This document shows positions 62,254-64,000 of a DNA stretch of 64,000 nucleotides, one piece after another. Position numbers and translations under genes: made by a program. A model generated the notes under the pieces. It saw only the letters and a program-made list of their open reading frames with translations. It had not been told where the DNA came from and ran no database searches. Numbering within the stretch: position 1 is the stretch's first letter; every line of letters starts with the position of its first letter. This DNA comes from a bacterium (lineage in GTDB: Bacteria > Pseudomonadota > Alphaproteobacteria > SP197): contig JAPPGE010000005.1 of the NCBI GenBank assembly GCA_028821455.1, positions 103,030 to 167,029 of the forward strand. Reading direction: 5' to 3'.

Positions 62254-62294
62254 AACCCCTGCGGGCGGCGATGTTTCCGGGTGCGAACCGACAA

Positions 62295-64000
62295 GTGCAG
62301 ATTCACCATTCCAACAGTCTCGAGGCACTCGCCGGCGATGTCGCGGCGCGTGTTCGGCAGTATCCGGCCGATCCCATCGCTGCCGAGAGGGTGGTGGTGT
62401 CGCACCCGACCATGCAGCGCTGGCTCACCCTGGAGCTGGCCCGCGCCAACGGAATCGCGGCGAACTACCGCATTGAGCTGCCGGCACAGTTTGCCTGGTC
62501 GATGATGCGTGATGTGGTCCCCGATCTGCCCGAGGCGCAGCCCTTTGCTCCGGACAACCTCAGGTGGCGCCTGTTCGACATGCTGCCCGGGTTCACGAAA
62601 AAGCCCGTCGCCGCGCCGGTCAGGCGCTACCTGGAGGACGGGGATCCATGCAAGCGATTTGATCTCTCTGGCGAGCTCGCCCGGATGTTCGACCGTTGCC
62701 TGCTCTACCGGCCGCAGTGGATCCGGGAGTGGGAAGCCGGCGCGTCACCGCACTGGCAGGCACGATTGTGGCAGGACCTGGTGGCCGCCGCCGGCAAGGG
62801 GCACTGGGTCAGCGCCCTCGATCGCTTCCATGCCGCCATGGATGGCGGCACCGTTCCCGGCCGGTGGCCCGCACGCGTCACGTTCTTCGCCGTGCCGGCG
62901 CTTTCTCCGTCCTACCTCGACCTGCTCCGCCGTATCGCCTCCAGGGTGGAGATCCACTACTGCCTCATCAATCCCTGCAGGCAGTACTGGGGCGACATCT
63001 TCACCCGCTTCGAGACCGTGGTGCGTTCCGGGGAGGACGATCCCGCAGAGCTTCACATCACCGAGGGAAACGAGCTTCTGGCGGCCTGGGGGCGCATCGG
63101 GCGCGACACCTTCGATACCCTCGTCGACATGGAAGATGCACAGGCTTTCGACCACTTCGTCGAACCGGAAGGATGCCACTGCCTGGCGGACCTGCAGCGC
63201 GACATTCTCGATCTGAGGCTTGCCCGGGAAGAAAAGTCAGACGATGTGCGGGCCGACGGTTCGCTGCAAATCCACTCCTGCCACTCCGCCACGCGCGAGG
63301 CCGAGGTTCTCCACGACTGTCTTCTCGACCTCTTCGAGAAGAACCCGGACATTCAGCCGGCGGACGTGCACGTCCTCACCCCCGATCCCGCACGCTACGA
63401 ACCCGCGATCTCGTCGGTCTTCGAATCGCGGGGACGGATTCTGGTGACGCTCTCGCGCGGGCGAACCGTCGAGGCGGCCTCGCTGCGGGCCTTCTTCGAT
63501 CTGCTGCACCTGGTTCGCTCGCGATGCGGCGCCGAGGAGATGATGGCGCCTCTCGATGCGCCGCTGGTCTGCCGGTGTTTCGGTATCGACGAGGAAAGCC
63601 TGGTCGACATTCGCCGCTGGGTGCATGACGCGGCGATCCGCTGGGGGGTCGATGGCGATCACCGCAGGGACGAGGGCCAGGACCCTCAATCCCGCAATAC
63701 ATGGTACGAGGGCCTGCGCCGCCTTCTTCTGGGGTATGCGGTGGCGGATGTCCGCCACACCTTTCACGGCGTCGCACCCTGCCGGCTGGAGAGCGGGGGC
63801 TTTCGGTTCGCCACGGAAAGCGAGTACCAGGTCCTGGGCCGCTTCGTCTCCTACTGCGAGGCCGTCTTCAGCCTGCGCGGCAGCCTGGGAGCGGAACGCG
63901 GCGCCGCAGACTGGGTTCTCGCCCTTCACGACATGATCGACCGCTTCTTCGTTCCGACGGTGGGCAGGCTCTTGACCGAGGAGGCGGATGAGGTCGATGC
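62295..64000 (+). CDS. recC: exodeoxyribonuclease V gamma subunit RecC, N-terminal portion (runs off the window end)
   Basis: Has a GTG start, no in-frame stop to the window end, and clear similarity to RecC (HHSNSLEAL, YRPQWIREWE, NPCRQYWGDI, AWGRIGRD, HSCHSATREAEVLHD). It is absent from the ORF track because it is incomplete. Confidence 0.8.
   Translation, partial: MQIHHSNSLEALAGDVAARVRQYPADPIAAERVVVSHPTMQRWLTLELARANGIAANYRIELPAQFAWSMMRDVVPDLPEAQPFAPDNLRWRLFDMLPGFTKKPVAAPVRRYLEDGDPCKRFDLSGELARMFDRCLLYRPQWIREWEAGASPHWQARLWQDLVAAAGKGHWVSALDRFHAAMDGGTVPGRWPARVTFFAVPALSPSYLDLLRRIASRVEIHYCLINPCRQYWGDIFTRFETVVRSGEDDPAELHITEGNELLAAWGRIGRDTFDTLVDMEDAQAFDHFVEPEGCHCLADLQRDILDLRLAREEKSDDVRADGSLQIHSCHSATREAEVLHDCLLDLFEKNPDIQPADVHVLTPDPARYEPAISSVFESRGRILVTLSRGRTVEAASLRAFFDLLHLVRSRCGAEEMMAPLDAPLVCRCFGIDEESLVDIRRWVHDAAIRWGVDGDHRRDEGQDPQSRNTWYEGLRRLLLGYAVADVRHTFHGVAPCRLESGGFRFATESEYQVLGRFVSYCEAVFSLRGSLGAERGAADWVLALHDMIDRFFVPTVGRLLTEEADEVD

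Noticed and set aside
60478-62505. 675 aa plus-strand ORF antisense to the MBL hydrolase and SppA genes
   Set aside because: Same reasoning: antisense to two clear genes, with no domain signatures.

Overview
This is a high-GC alphaproteobacterial chromosomal segment (Rhodospirillales-like by gene content), densely coding, with no rRNA, tRNA, CRISPR or transposase genes detected. It carries the conserved origin-proximal backbone parB-parA-rsmG-mnmG-mnmE ... rho-hemJ-hemH-hemE | DUF299. Two canonical parS palindromes flank mnmE. The roughly 400 bp hemE/DUF299 divergent intergenic region (28983-29379) has DnaA-box-like 9-mers and an AT-rich segment, so it is the best candidate for the chromosomal replication origin. 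About 15 kb of more accessory-looking genes sit between mnmE and purH. The most unusual part of that stretch is a compact NAD/ADP-ribose-related module (14355-17261). It consists of an NrtR-type Nudix-wHTH regulator transcribed divergently from an operon encoding an ARPP-1-like protein and an ADP-ribosylglycohydrolase. The shared intergenic region has two ATTGT-N7-ACAAT operators overlapping a TTGCAA-N18-TATAAT promoter. Other notable loci are listed below.
- A frameshifted PLD-nuclease/SF2-helicase/DUF3427 fusion gene (35977-39049).
- A Phd/YefM-type antitoxin translationally coupled to a signal-peptide protein instead of a toxin.
- An SbcCD-like (YhaO/YhaN) nuclease pair next to an MmcB-like repair gene.
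- A structured roughly 260 nt purC leader.
- Palindrome clusters in the PhyH/amidohydrolase divergent region.
The remainder is housekeeping (hisC, tyrC, purH, rho, heme genes, cobCST, acnA, purC, lolA, sppA, recC) and catabolic or transport clusters (two Rieske oxygenases, a PotABCD-type ABC system, an NCS2 permease, a ureohydrolase and a GS-like/amidohydrolase cluster).
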